Virus record (IMG/VR): IMGVR_UViG_3300031992_004563
Location: 137,798 to 201,797 of that record
Direction: 5' to 3' (one strand)
From: a virus
Lineage: Duplodnaviria > Heunggongvirae > Uroviricota > Caudoviricetes
Length of the DNA stretch: 64,000 bases
In this document: positions 36,753-49,524 of the stretch, one piece after another
Position numbering within the stretch: position 1 is the stretch's first letter
Layout of the letters: every line of letters begins with the position of its first letter
Made by a program: the position numbers and the translations under genes
Notes under the pieces: model-generated
The model's input: only the letters and a program-made list of their open reading frames with translations
What the model was told of the DNA's origin: nothing
Database searches by the model: none

Positions 36753-38738
36753 ATGGGAAATAAAAAAACTCCTTTATTGCAAAAATTAAGAAATGTTGGT
36801 GGAACATTATATGTTTTTCCATCTGCAAGTGAAGATATTGGTTTAAATCTTTAGTCAACAACTACAGGTGTAGCTATGTCTCATTTTGCATTATTAAATA
36901 TTCCTGAATTAACAGTTGCAAATTGTTTAAAAGAATGTTCACATAGTGTAACAGTTAATACACATATAACAGAACCTAATGCAGCACTCGCAGCATCATT
37001 GCAAAATTATGCAATGAATTTTGAGACACATATAACAAATGATGATAATTATAATTATCAAAAATTAGAAACAGTTTCTGAAAAAGTTTTCTGGAAGTGG
37101 GCAAGACATATTGGAATTTTTGATCCATCATAGAATTTAGATCCCGTACCAAATGTTAACGATGTTTATTTTGATAATCGATATAATGCAGATGGAAGCG
37201 TTGGTGTACAAGATAATACATTGATTAAATGCTTTGGATCAATTGATGCCGGAAATCAGTTATCAACAGAGTTTGGAATGTTTAATGAAACTTATATTAA
37301 TATTCCAACTTCATGGGGATCAGGCCCAGTATTTATGAAGCATTCTAATAGTGAAAATTTTAAATTAGGAAATTCATATATAGTTGATAATATAGATCAT
37401 CTTGAAGGCCGTGGTGATTCCAATGAATACTATTCATATTTTCAAGGTTAGGATTATCCATTTTTTGATAAAAAAAGTAATGATACTGGTGAATATGATG
37501 AATATTTTATAAATAATGAATATGATGGTTTTGAAATTCTTAAAGACTTAAATCAAATTCAAACTGCATCTAGAAAACAATTTAATAATGATGAAATATT
37601 ATTTGATTCATATGATGATATTAACATTGATACATTAAATCAATTAAATGTTGATCAACAATTTGAATTTAATACTATATTATTATATTATAGTGTATAT
37701 GATCAAGATGATTTAGTTAAAACTGCATATGCAACAAATTTATTTGGTGTAATTTTCTTAGATGGTGCAAGACCAAAAGATGATACTTTTTATATTCCTA
37801 CAATTACAAAGAGAAAATCAACAACAACACAATTTGGTAATAGTTATTCATTTAGAGTTAATCTTAAAACTATGTCAGTATATGATAATACTGATGCTAT
37901 TATTTAGGATAACACTACAACTAGCGGAGTTAATGCAGTTGAATTTTCTGATGCAATATCTAATATGAATCGAGCAATTGATATTATGAATTCTAATTTA
38001 GCAACAACTTTAGCAATTCAAGATCAATATGCAGCAATTATTAATTATTATGATAATTTTGAAGATGACTTAAGAGATATTTCTACATGTTTATATGCAT
38101 ATCTTAAAGGAACACGTTCATCATTTGTTGATACAAGTGTTTTATATGCCAATGAAATTAGAACATCTAAAGCTGAATCAGTATTTGAAAATAATAAAAT
38201 TATTATTAGAGCACATGACACAACATTAGATGAAAATGGTGATGTTATTTATAAAGAACCAGTTGTTACAATTGCGGATAATGATGTTATTATTCCAGTC
38301 ATTCATAATACAAGTATGTGGACAACAGATCAATATGTTGTAAATAATATGATAAATGCTGAAGGCCTTGATATTGATGCAAGTCTTAATGAATCAAATG
38401 TATTTGTATATGATTGTAAACGAACACTTGATAAAGCATTTAGTGAAAATGGTCTTAGTGTTAGTCTTAAAGTAAGAGATAATCAAGATCATACTGGTTC
38501 TCATTCATATAATGAATTATATATCAATCCAGATTCTTCAATATTTAATGTTAATGATTAGTATAATTTAAGATATATGTTAGATGAAAACAATAATGTT
38601 AATTACCTTGCAATTATTCCATATTTAGTTGCAGAAGTTAAACATTTAAGAGCGATATTAATTAGTGCCGGTTTGGAACAAGACTTAACTGATTTAACAG
38701 ATGATGATTTTTATAATGATATATTCAGACCAAATTAA
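36753..38738 (+). CDS. Putative structural (baseplate/tail-associated) protein (661 aa, TAG=Q)
   Basis: Joins three in-frame ORF-track fragments; lies among fibre genes; C-terminal VNYLAIIPYLVAEVKHL resembles the end of S74 chaperone domains. Confidence 0.65.
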
Positions 38739-38845
38739 TTAGATAATTAAAAACATAAAAATTAAAGGAAGCTTTAAAAAAGGCTTCCTTTAATATTAAA
38801 ATAAATAACATATAAAAGCAAAATTAGAAAATAAGTTTAAATTAT

Positions 38846-41077
38846 ATGGCACAAAGTAGTTCAACCGGAATTAAAGATTTTGTTAAACATGCATTAACAA
38901 GCTATTATAAAAATTTTCAAATTAAATTGGCTGATGGCCCTGAATCAACTGATGTAAACCCGGCTATTAAAATTAATAATGGCAAGATTTATGTTCATAA
39001 TGTTGGTAACTATAATGGAAATATTAATAATTCATCTACATTATAGGAAGTTATAAATAGTATTGGCAATAATGTTAATAGTATTAATTCTGAAATTACA
39101 GATATAAATGGAAGAATCGCAAGTATTCCTGGTGCATCAAAAATGATTGCTGGAAATAATGATCTTACAATATAGATTGGTGAAGATGGTTCTACATATT
39201 TTTATATTGAAGGATATAGATATAATAAAGACACAAGTTCATTTGCAATTGGAAAAGATGCAAGTGCTGATGGTATTAGTTCTTTTGCAGGTGGATATAT
39301 TGATGGCTCACATGGATTCATTAATGCACTAGGAACCGGTTCTTATGCATATGGCTATGCAAAAGGAATGAAAGCTATGGAAATTACAGGACAACCGGAT
39401 GTTTTTGGTGATTCAAGTATATATGCAATTGGATATGGTGCTCATGCAGAAGGATATGCAAACCCAATTTATGATATTAATGTGCCAACTAGAATAGAAT
39501 TTTATGCGATTAGTGCATCTGGAAATGGCGCTCATGCAGAAGGCGCAATTGGCGGAGTAAATCTTAATAATTTAATATTAACACCATCAGGTATTGGTTC
39601 CCAAATACAAATTAATGATAGTATTGAAGCATCCGGAAATGGCGCACATGCAGAAGGTATTGGAACATAGGCATTAAACCATGGTGCACACTCAGAGGGT
39701 GTAAAAACGCATGCAACCGCAGCTGGATCACACACTGAAGGATATTCAACTACTGCATCTGGAACTCTTTCACATGCTGAAGGATATGCAACAGACGCAT
39801 CTGGTCGGATTAGTCATGCTGAAGGCATTAAATCAATTGCTGGTGGAATTGCATCACATGCTGAAGGCGGATATTTTAGAAAAACATCAAATAGAGTTAT
39901 TGATTATTCTGGCGGAGAAGCTAATGGTGACGGCTCTCACGCTGAAGGTATATTTACAATTACAAATAATTTTGGAGAACATGCCGAAGGTGTAGGAAAC
40001 ATATCTCATAAAACAAGTAATACATATGGGCATGCAGGTAATACATAGCATTCTATTGGTATTGGCACAACATCAATATCATTATCTGAAATAAATGTAA
40101 CTAGAAAAAATGCATTTGAAGTAATGCAAGACGGCTCTGTATATTTAATTGGTGTTGGATTATATGATGGAAGTAATTATTTAGATGCATCAACTCTTCA
40201 AGAAGTTATTAATTCTAAAGGTGGTGGAGGTTCAGAAACAGATACTAAAGATACTGCTGGCACAACAACTGTATCTGCAACAAAAATGTTTTTAATTGGC
40301 GCAACAACAACTGGTGGAACACCTGTTACTCATGTTAATGAAAAAGTTTATATTGGAACAGATAATTGTTTATATTCAAATAATACAATAGTTTCTGTTA
40401 ATGGACATACACATAGTGAATATGCATCATCATCACATGATCATGGAAATTTAACAAATGCAGGTAAATTAACTAATAATCCTACTACAATATCTACTGC
40501 AAGTTCTTTACCTATTGTATTAGGTGCAAATGCAGGTGATAATGCATATAGTTTATGTAATTCTACTATACAATTTGATACTACAATAAATGATTAGTAT
40601 TTATGTAAAAATGGTACATGGCAAACTGTTTCTGGTGGTTCTGGTGGTACAGATGAAAAATTAAGTGTTACATCAACCACATCTAAAGTATATTTAGCAG
40701 GTATGAGTTCAACTTCTACAATAAGTACAGGCTATACAAATACTAATGTATATATGCAAAATGGCAATGTAACAGCTATTGCATTTTATCAAAGCTCGGA
40801 TGCGCGTAAAAAGAATGTTAAACGTGAATTAGATATTGAAAAATGTTATGAATTAATAGATAAATGTTCAGAAATAGTTTTTGAATGGAAAGACAAAGAA
40901 AATAGTAAAGAAGAAATTGGTATGATTGCATAGGAAGTTCAAGAATTTTTCCCTGAAATTATTAATGAGAATGAAGATGGATATTTATCATTAGATTATT
41001 CTAAATTAACTGTTATTTGTTTAAGAGTTCTTAAAGATTTAATTAATGAAGTTAAAATATTAAAAAATTAGAAATAA
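38846..41077 (+). CDS. Tail fibre with HAEG (YadA-head-like) repeats and C-terminal peptidase S74 intramolecular chaperone (743 aa, TAG=Q)
   Basis: More than 10 (A/S)HAEG-type repeats; SDARKKNV...IGMIA*EVQEFFPEII...LSLDYSKL. Confidence 0.9.
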
Positions 41078-41080
41078 TTT

Positions 41081-42262
41081 ATGAATACTTATATATTATC
41101 AACTAATAGTACTGTTAAACCTGGTAGTAGTAATATTACATACACATATGTTGGGACTGATAATTCTTTTGCGCACCCATATGTTTTTAGAAATATGCTT
41201 TTATTAGAAGATAATTATTGTTATGTAGATGATACTATAGATAGTCTTGGCATTCATTCATATATAGGTTGGACAGACCCTAATAGTTTAAATGAAAATG
41301 ATAAAATTGGAAGCATGAGAGCATCATGGGAAATTGAAGCATACGGGGTTGCAACTATAGCAGAAGCTGCAGAAATTGGAGGCACAACAGGCACAATAGA
41401 AATATTTAATAAATTAGTAAATAAAAATGATTTAGGAGATTATAATTGTCAACTTGCAGAAGAAACAACTATAGAATATAATGGAAATTAGTGTGTTAAT
41501 TATGATGATATTGAAATTACCGAAATAAATCTCAATTATTGTAAATTTACTGCTTTATAGGATAATAGCACAATTAATTTTAAAAATGGTTCAACTGTTG
41601 CAACAGCTAATTGTTGGAATCTTCAATTTTCATTAGATGATGGAGAACATTGGACAAATTTTAATGATTTATATGCACCACAAAGGGTTGATGAAGGTAA
41701 AACAATATATATAAGACAAAATGTGGATGAATCTGGTGATGCACGTGGAAATCAATCAGACCAAAATTGGTATCATTTTGTTATGACTGGCTCATTTAAA
41801 GGTGGAGGTTATTTAAGTTCGATAATAGATGGATAGAATTCCAATGATACTAACAAGGAATTTTCAAGTAATGCAGAGTATATATTTTATAAGTTATTTA
41901 GCGGATGCACAGCATTAACAGAATCTCCAATAATAAATTATACAGGTGCAAGCTATCATGGTTATGAACAAATGTTTGATGGATGCACATCATTATCAAA
42001 GGTTGAAACATATCAAAAAGAATTTTTGACTATTGATGGAACAGCACACCCACAAGCAACTAATAACTCTTGGTTAAATAATGTTAAATCTACCGATTTA
42101 TGTGTCTTAACGGTGCATCAAGGAGTAATATCGGGTAAGGGTATATGGGATAATATACTTGAGAAGTATAGAAGTGAATATCCATCATCAACATGCCCAT
42201 TGAATTGGAGTTTGTACGACCCTGATAAACGTGTTACACTTGATGATCCTACCAATTTATAA
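41081..42262 (+). CDS. Putative adhesin/receptor-binding protein with BspA-like LRR units (393 aa, TAG=Q)
   Basis: LQFSLDDGEHW; LFSGCTALTESP; MFDGCTSL; follows the tail fibre gene. Confidence 0.7.
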
Positions 42263-42300
42263 TATAATAAATATAAAAAGAATAATTAATTTATAATAAT

Positions 42301-42672
42301 ATGAATAATTTAACTTTAGAAGTTTTAGAAGAATATGCTGGTATTTTATCAGAAAATCAAGCTAATAAGTTATATGAGTCTAAAACTGGCAAATAGTATC
42401 AAAAACAATTATTTGAAGATTCTAATGAGTTAAAACTCAAATTAGATCCTATCACTATTTTTAAAGAAACTAAAATGCAAAAAATACAATTTGCAAATTG
42501 GTTAAATGAAAATTGTGCATCACTTATGAATAATATTGCATATAAAATTTCTAGTGAAGGCATTGAATTTAAAACGTATGATAGAAATCTTTATAGAAAA
42601 CTTCAAGAATCTTTAATGGCTGGAGGTTTTTCTAGTAAGAAAATTGTTGAATTAAGAGATAAAAAATACTAA
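42301..42672 (+). CDS. Hypothetical late protein (123 aa, one TAG)
   Basis: ATAAATA upstream; extends ORF-track 42475. Confidence 0.7.
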
Positions 42673-42681
42673 TTGAAAAAT

Positions 42682-43155
42682 ATGAGTGTAAGAATTAAGT
42701 TAAATAGTAGAAAATTTTTTGGTGAAGGATTATTAATTGGTTCACGTTTAAATGAGGGCGAAGTAACTCAACAAACTGTAGACACATCTACACAAAATGC
42801 TTCAACTGATGCTTCAACACAGACTACTCCTAATGCATCAACTGCACAAAATAATCAATAGCCACAACAAGGCCCATCATTAGATTAGCAAATCAATAAA
42901 ATTATTTATGATGGATTCAGTAACATGGTTCAACAAATTGATGGCAAATTTAAACAACTTCAATTACCAGAAGGTGTTCAAGTACAATGGGTGCAAGTAA
43001 CTCAACCAAAAGATCAAACGCTTCAATCTGTATGGGCATCTGTTCAACAATTTTTATCTGGAAATATTAAGGCAGTTGCTACTGCATTACAACAAAAACA
43101 AAATGCACAACAATCGGCAGTAGCTAATTCATCTACAGTCACACCGGCACAATAA
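42682..43155 (+). CDS. Gln-rich hypothetical protein (157 aa, two TAG)
   Basis: TAG codons lie inside CAA-rich tracts. Confidence 0.75.
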
Positions 43156-43180
43156 AAATAATAGAATATATATAAGTTAT

Positions 43181-43936
43181 ATGGCAAGTTCAAAATATAA
43201 ATTTGATATGAATATAGGGCATTATGTTCTATTATTAGAAGGTGAAGCACCTTAGGCTGATGGAACACAAGAACAAACTCAAGATCAATAGAATCAAGAA
43301 CAACAAAAACCACAAGTTCAACCTATTAATCTTGATTCTGAAGATGTTGTTAAAATGCGTCAAGAAAAAGAAAATGTTATTAAACAATTATAGGAAACTA
43401 TTACAAAGAAAACTAATAACGTTATTCAATGCCAATAGGTTGTAGCCAATTTATAGAATAGTGAAAATGCAGAACAGACTCAAATAAATGATGCATAGAA
43501 AACTCTTATTCAAGCAATGAAAGAAGTGTCAGATGCTAAATTTAATTTAGCTAAAAAGGCTAATGAATATGATAATAAAATATATCAATTATAGGCTAAA
43601 CTTGTTGAATCAATTCAAATAGCGAGAGATACTCTTCCTGAAAAGTATCAAGGACTAAATGAGTCAAACGTTCAAAATGCTAAAGTATATATTACTAAAA
43701 TATTTGAAAATGACTATCAACAAAGAATAAAAGGAATGATTGATTTTAAAAAGGCATTTGCAAATTCTAATCTTTTATATGGAAAAGATAAAGATGGTTA
43801 TTTTGTAGTATGTCTTGATCAAGATGATTTAAATAAATTAACAAACACTTTAATTGAAATTGGTTATGATAAAGATGAAATTTATGGTGTTGTTTTAAGC
43901 CAAATGTTTGATAGAAGTGATTTAGTAAAAGCGTAA
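43181..43936 (+). CDS. Gln-rich coiled-coil hypothetical protein (251 aa, ~7 TAG)
   Basis: Open frame with TAG=Q, e.g. QEQTQDQ*NQEQQ. Confidence 0.75.
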
Positions 43937-43945
43937 TTAATAACT

Positions 43946-44299
43946 ATGGATAAGAAGAAATTATACGAATCAATAATGAGTTCAGTTGCTAAAGAAGTTA
44001 AGAAAGCTCTTAATGAAGAATGGACAGAAGAAGATGAAGAAGAAGCTCAAGAAAGAGCTGAAGATGAGCATGATGAATATTTAAAAAATCAAATAAATGA
44101 TATGATTAATGGATATTCATTAGATGACTTATTAGCTGATTGGAAAGGTGAATTAGAAGATGAAGATGATTCAAGATCTATTCCTGATAGAATAACTGAA
44201 ACTATATTAGATAATTATCAAGAACCACGTAGATGGAATGTATATGATTATGTGGTTGATACAATTGAAAGCGTATTAAAAGAAAATAATATGATATAA
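43946..44299 (+). CDS. Leader-family-2 acidic protein
   Basis: MDKKKLYESIMSSVAKEVKKALNE leader. Confidence 0.8.
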   Translation: MDKKKLYESIMSSVAKEVKKALNEEWTEEDEEEAQERAEDEHDEYLKNQINDMINGYSLDDLLADWKGELEDEDDSRSIPDRITETILDNYQEPRRWNVYDYVVDTIESVLKENNMI

Positions 44300-44303
44300 T
44301 TTT

Positions 44304-44864
44304 ATGAATAAAGAAGAATTAACACAAAAAATTATGAGAGGGCTTAGTGAATCTCTTAATGAATCAAAAGCTCTTGATCTTAAAGAAAATAAAGATCATA
44401 AAGCTGCATATAATAGTTTTGTTAAATGGTATAATCGTTGGAAAGAAAAACTTGGACGCGAAGAAATCCGTGCATTAGTTAAAAAGGTGACAAATGATGC
44501 GCTTGGGGATAATCTTGATATGATTAATGAATCTAGCATTCCTGGTCCAGAAGATGATCATTTAGCATTTGATTTATTTTTAACATTCCAAAATACACGT
44601 GAATTATATGATTTATCAAAACCAATGGTTGATAATTTAGTTAAACATTTAAGAAAAGGTGAAGAATTATCTATTGATATTTTAGCAGCATCTTCTGTAG
44701 TAGAAAAATATGCAAAAGCAACTATTGAAGAATATAAAAGATCTGTTGATGGTGCTCCAAGTTTTGTTAATACATCAACAAGAAAAAATCTTAAACGTAG
44801 AATTGCACAGGATTTAATTAATGATGCTAAAGATGATTATGCATTTGAATTGCATGATATGTAA
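44304..44864 (+). CDS. Hypothetical protein with degenerate family-2 leader
   Basis: MNKEELTQKIMRGLSESLNE. Confidence 0.75.
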   Translation: MNKEELTQKIMRGLSESLNESKALDLKENKDHKAAYNSFVKWYNRWKEKLGREEIRALVKKVTNDALGDNLDMINESSIPGPEDDHLAFDLFLTFQNTRELYDLSKPMVDNLVKHLRKGEELSIDILAASSVVEKYAKATIEEYKRSVDGAPSFVNTSTRKNLKRRIAQDLINDAKDDYAFELHDM

Positions 44865-44968
44865 TAAAAATAATAAGATAATTAGTTTATTAAAAACATA
44901 AAAACATTTCACTAGAATGCATCTAAATAATAAAAAGAGGAACCTTAATTAAGATTCCTCTTTATTTT

Positions 44969-46414
44969 TTACCATAATTTAATAACTACACATATTACTG
45001 TAAGTGCAATCCAAATAAACCACCTTAGAATTCCCCATAGAAAATTATGCGGGTAAAATTGCAATCCCTCTGGATAAATTACATAAGATCCATGTTCTCC
45101 AGTATCTGTCAATGTTTCACGAAGTTTCATCAATGTATTGGTTTTCTCAAGGGTAGATGTACTATCAGGAAGATTAAGCAACTCTTGACGGGATGCACAT
45201 AAATTGTTATACCAATACTCAACATCCTCATCAGGTGTTCTGTAAATCACTGATGTGTAGCCGGTTGTATAGCCTTTAGCCTCTGCATACTGAATAGCTG
45301 TATTAAGCTCTTTGACTGCCAACTCAACTGTATTTGCATTAGCTGCTCGCTCTAGACGTCCAGAACAATTCTGCTTAAAATCAATACGCTTGTAAATAAC
45401 TGCACCTGTTCCAACAAGTGCCAAAATTGCTAGTAAAATAATTGTAAATTGTTTCATAATTTTAATTAATTTTGATTTGTTTTAAAGTATAAATTTTATA
45501 AACCTCTCCATTATTTCGAGAAATTACAATATCCATTTCAGAATGCATTCCGTGCATATGCCTATTCAAATTGTCATATGACACTTTATATTGATGTTTA
45601 TCACATTTGTTTTCGACAATAGATCTAATACGATTAATTGCCTCTACCCTATTGTGATAAACAATATTGTCAACAAGTGTATCAGACACAATAAGTTTGT
45701 GAGAATCTGAAACAAGACCTCTGATGACCTTTAATTTTTCAGTTTTGACTTTAATGATATATCCAGACATAAATTTATTCCTCTATATTTTTAAGATTAA
45801 CACCGTCAACTTTATTACAATTATGCTGGTTTAACACGAATAAGAATTTGATCCAAACCTGTACGTTCATCCTTTTGCCACACATACTCAACAATATTCC
45901 AACCGGCTTCCTCAATTTCTGATTTAAAAGCCTTTTCAGTATCTTGAGCAACCAGGCATCTGTCAACGTTTACCCAAATGGAAATCATACCACCTCCGCA
46001 CATATCCAAATGCTCACAGCCTTTACTGATAACCTTGTGTCGAAACTCTGTTGCATTAGTTATTTCCTTTTGAAGCAAACTATTGAAAATATCAATAAGT
46101 TCATCAACACTGTACAAAAACTGATTTGCAGAAATTACTTTACTCATAATTTTAAATATTTTAAAGGGTTATTATTTTTAATTTCGGTGCAAAATTAATA
46201 CTTTTTTCTTAAACTAAAAAATAGAAGTTTATATTTAAAAATCATTCATTGATTCACAATGCCAATCTTCCGTAGTTGAAATCACTTCATTACCTAATTT
46301 TAATTCAACCTTTATTACATCAAATGTATCATAATGATCATTCCATTTTTCATTACGAGAAATTTCAATAGAAAGATTTTCCTTTAAAAATTTGATTAAT
46401 TCATCCTTATTCAT
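44969..46414 (-). other. Four small early-type genes (46235..46414, 45821..46147, 45462..45770, and two-TM membrane protein 44969..45457)
   Basis: Downstream of two identical 42-bp promoters; TAG-free; convergent terminator ~44933-44968. Confidence 0.75.
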
Positions 46415-46553
46415 ATTTGTTTATTTTTTAATTTTGGTGCAAAATTAATACTTTTTTCTTAAACTAAAAAATAGAAGTTAAAAAGCAGTAAAGTTTCACA
46501 ACTTCACTGCTCCAAAAAAGTTTCAATTAAAAATGAAACATTACATTGTTTCA

Positions 46554-48935
46554 TTATTTCAAGAACCCAAGCTCGTACACCATTGGTCTCATTTTATCTG
46601 CAAGTTGTTTATAAACATCTTTAAATTCCTTAAGCAAATCTGGTGCAAATTCCTTACATAATAATTTGATTTGATAGAATCCACAATCCCAATTATTAAT
46701 TTGCGCTTCCGGCATTATATCATTGAATAATTCTCGATATTTGAAAGTTTTTCTAACAATATCACACGCTTTGTCAAGAACTGCTTGTGCTTCTGGTGTT
46801 AATTCAATTTCCTGAAGTTTTTTATAAACAAATCTTTCTGGAGATGTATGTGCATCATTATAGCAATCATCATTATTGTATTCATTTGCAAGCGATTCAA
46901 TTTCAGATTTTGACATCCAGAAAAATTCATTTTTAATATTTTTTAATGAAACTTGAGAAACAAAATTAGCAAATATAAATGCATCATTTAAAAATTCTTC
47001 ATATTTTTTATTAGTTTCATCTGGAGCCAAATATTCATCTTTATCATTTATCCAATTTGCATTATGTAATACATGCAATGCATAAAAAGCTGCAGCCTCT
47101 TTACAATTTTCTGGTAATGTTAAATAACGACCGCCGGTAGTTCCACTGTAAAAAATATTACTATAATTAAAACCACTTAATGTATTAGCAATAATACCTA
47201 TTGTATTTTCATTTACATTTGCTAATTTATCATTTGGTTTTATTGGTGTAGTATTATAACAAATATGTTTTATTGTGCGTTTAGGTTTTCCATTTGTTTT
47301 TGAATATAACCAATCTTCCATTGATTTTTTGTTATCTTTATTATAAAGTATTTTACTGTCAACAATTTCAATATTTTGTCCAATAACATCAACTACGTTA
47401 TGTTTAAAATCATTTTTATTTTTAGTTTCTCCATTAGACCATATATTAAATGTAATTCCCCATGCACTAGAAACATTTGCAAAATTAGATGCTTGAAATA
47501 AAATACCAGATTTATATTCAAAATTATTCAATAAAATATTTCTAAATTTTATATATGACGATTTTGTTATAAATGATGGCTTACAAAATAATGCAATATG
47601 GCAATTAGTAAGATTAAATTTTTGTTTAAATGTTATAATACGATATAAAAATTGATTATAAATTTCATTATATCCATCAATTTTATCTAAAATCATTTTA
47701 TTTTTAATAATAGTTGAACCATTACCTTTGCCTTCTCCGAATATTGCGCCATTACATGCATACGGCGGGTTTAATAGAAAAACCAAAGGTTTATTCTGCT
47801 CAAATGCTTCCAATAATCCTTTTGGCAATTTCTCTAAATCATCATTCAAGAAATCATATTGAAAACTCGTAGCCTCAGGATTATATTTCTTTCCAATCTC
47901 TAACTCAGCCTCTTCCAATGTCGAACAATACAACTCTTTGAATCGATAATCTCGTGTCAAATTCTTTGTTCCACAACAATTGTCCCATACCACATATTGA
48001 TCTTTCCAATCTGGCCCAAGTGCATCTTCAAGCATCTTATGTGCATAGTCAACAAACAAAGTCGGCGTATAAAACTCACCTTTGTTTCGTCTATTTGTAT
48101 CTTCAATTAATCTGTCACTAATCTCTGCAAATTTATTCTTTTCAACAGGAGAATATTTTCTTGCATAATGACTGAAGAATGCATTAAAGTTTCTGTCATT
48201 CACTCTGATATTTCCATGCGGTGTCACTAAGATTCCCTTCTTGCTTGGGTGCATATAAAATGCATCATCATTTGTTATACAACCAATAAAGACACTCACA
48301 ATATCATTAGCGGAAACTTTCTTCATATCAGTAATAACATTCTTACAGAAATAATCATATATATTACTGATATTATGTTCAGTGATATGCACATATCTTT
48401 TTATATTTTCTGACAAATCATTTATCTTTTCAATAATAGAATCAAATTGGAAATTTTCATCAATCTTGAATACAAATGGATTCAATGTTTCATCATTAGA
48501 AATTTCAAGCACAAGATCTGGATTTTTCTCAGCTGCGCCAGATGGTGCAGTCTTCCAATCCAAATCTTTATCGAGATACTTGACAATCTCATTAGTGTGC
48601 ATAATAAAACATTCATTAATATCACCAATCAAAATAACATTTGGAATAATATCTCCATTATTCTCAAATCGTTTCAAATAAAACAAAACTTGAGTGATGA
48701 CTTTAGCCTGTGACACTTTAGAATTGAAATCATAATCATATTTGTATTCCATGATTAGTTTCAAATTATCTTTAGTGATTAATCCATCACAAGCATAAGG
48801 GTGCTCTATTTGAACATCCTTAAAATAATTTTGAAGAAACTCATTGTAAATATCTTCTACCTCACGTTCAATTTTAGAATAATGAACTTTGTCGTAAAAT
48901 TTTGATTTGGTTCTAAAATGTTTGTCTAATTGCAT
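46554..48935 (-). CDS. Fused PD-(D/E)xK nuclease-like domain + N6-adenine DNA methyltransferase (type IIG-like)
   Basis: CDGLIT..IMEYK; GEFYTP; VWDNCCGT; LNPPY; long C-terminal putative TRD. Confidence 0.8.
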   Translation of the reverse strand: MQLDKHFRTKSKFYDKVHYSKIEREVEDIYNEFLQNYFKDVQIEHPYACDGLITKDNLKLIMEYKYDYDFNSKVSQAKVITQVLFYLKRFENNGDIIPNVILIGDINECFIMHTNEIVKYLDKDLDWKTAPSGAAEKNPDLVLEISNDETLNPFVFKIDENFQFDSIIEKINDLSENIKRYVHITEHNISNIYDYFCKNVITDMKKVSANDIVSVFIGCITNDDAFYMHPSKKGILVTPHGNIRVNDRNFNAFFSHYARKYSPVEKNKFAEISDRLIEDTNRRNKGEFYTPTLFVDYAHKMLEDALGPDWKDQYVVWDNCCGTKNLTRDYRFKELYCSTLEEAELEIGKKYNPEATSFQYDFLNDDLEKLPKGLLEAFEQNKPLVFLLNPPYACNGAIFGEGKGNGSTIIKNKMILDKIDGYNEIYNQFLYRIITFKQKFNLTNCHIALFCKPSFITKSSYIKFRNILLNNFEYKSGILFQASNFANVSSAWGITFNIWSNGETKNKNDFKHNVVDVIGQNIEIVDSKILYNKDNKKSMEDWLYSKTNGKPKRTIKHICYNTTPIKPNDKLANVNENTIGIIANTLSGFNYSNIFYSGTTGGRYLTLPENCKEAAAFYALHVLHNANWINDKDEYLAPDETNKKYEEFLNDAFIFANFVSQVSLKNIKNEFFWMSKSEIESLANEYNNDDCYNDAHTSPERFVYKKLQEIELTPEAQAVLDKACDIVRKTFKYRELFNDIMPEAQINNWDCGFYQIKLLCKEFAPDLLKEFKDVYKQLADKMRPMVYELGFLK

Positions 48936-49008
48936 ATTGTTTAGATTTTAATTCCAATATATTATATATTAAAAAGGGGAATATGTTTATCCCTCTTTAT
49001 AAATTTAT

Positions 49009-49524
49009 TTAATAGTTTTTAGTTTTCCTAATGTATTTATATGATTTTGTATATACATGTTTGATTGAAATATGCAAAAAAATATCTTTTGGCAATGTAT
49101 ATCCATTCATGCGATACCATGTATCATTATATTGGCGTCTTGCATTTTTTATCGTATCTATTGTTCGATTTTGTTCAATAAAATAATATATTGGATACTT
49201 TTCATAATTTTCAGCAGATGCTGTTGGACGAATAGTATAAATATTTGTTTTATCTATACCAAGAGATTCTGCGCATTGTTCAGCATCTTCCAAATTTGTA
49301 TAAAATGTATATATATTTTTAGAATTAAGTGTGTTTTGCCTTCGCCAACCTTTTAATTTTGTAATTTTTCCAATAACCACATCTTTTTTCTTTATTATAC
49401 TTCCATATGGAACAGTATTATCTTTATTATCTGTTGAATGTAATGCATCTTTATACAATTTAATTGCGTTTACAATTTCAGATTCAGTTCCTTCAAAAAT
49501 GATATTGTCAAATATTGCTTTCAT
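49009..49524 (-). CDS. Hypothetical early protein
   Basis: ORF directly downstream of the 42-bp promoter at 49566-49607. Confidence 0.7.
   Translation of the reverse strand: MKAIFDNIIFEGTESEIVNAIKLYKDALHSTDNKDNTVPYGSIIKKKDVVIGKITKLKGWRRQNTLNSKNIYTFYTNLEDAEQCAESLGIDKTNIYTIRPTASAENYEKYPIYYFIEQNRTIDTIKNARRQYNDTWYRMNGYTLPKDIFLHISIKHVYTKSYKYIRKTKNY

Noticed and set aside
33416-43936. Fragmented ORFs read as pseudogenes or sequencing errors
   Set aside because: Fragments stay in one frame and are broken only by TAG, including at conserved Gln positions
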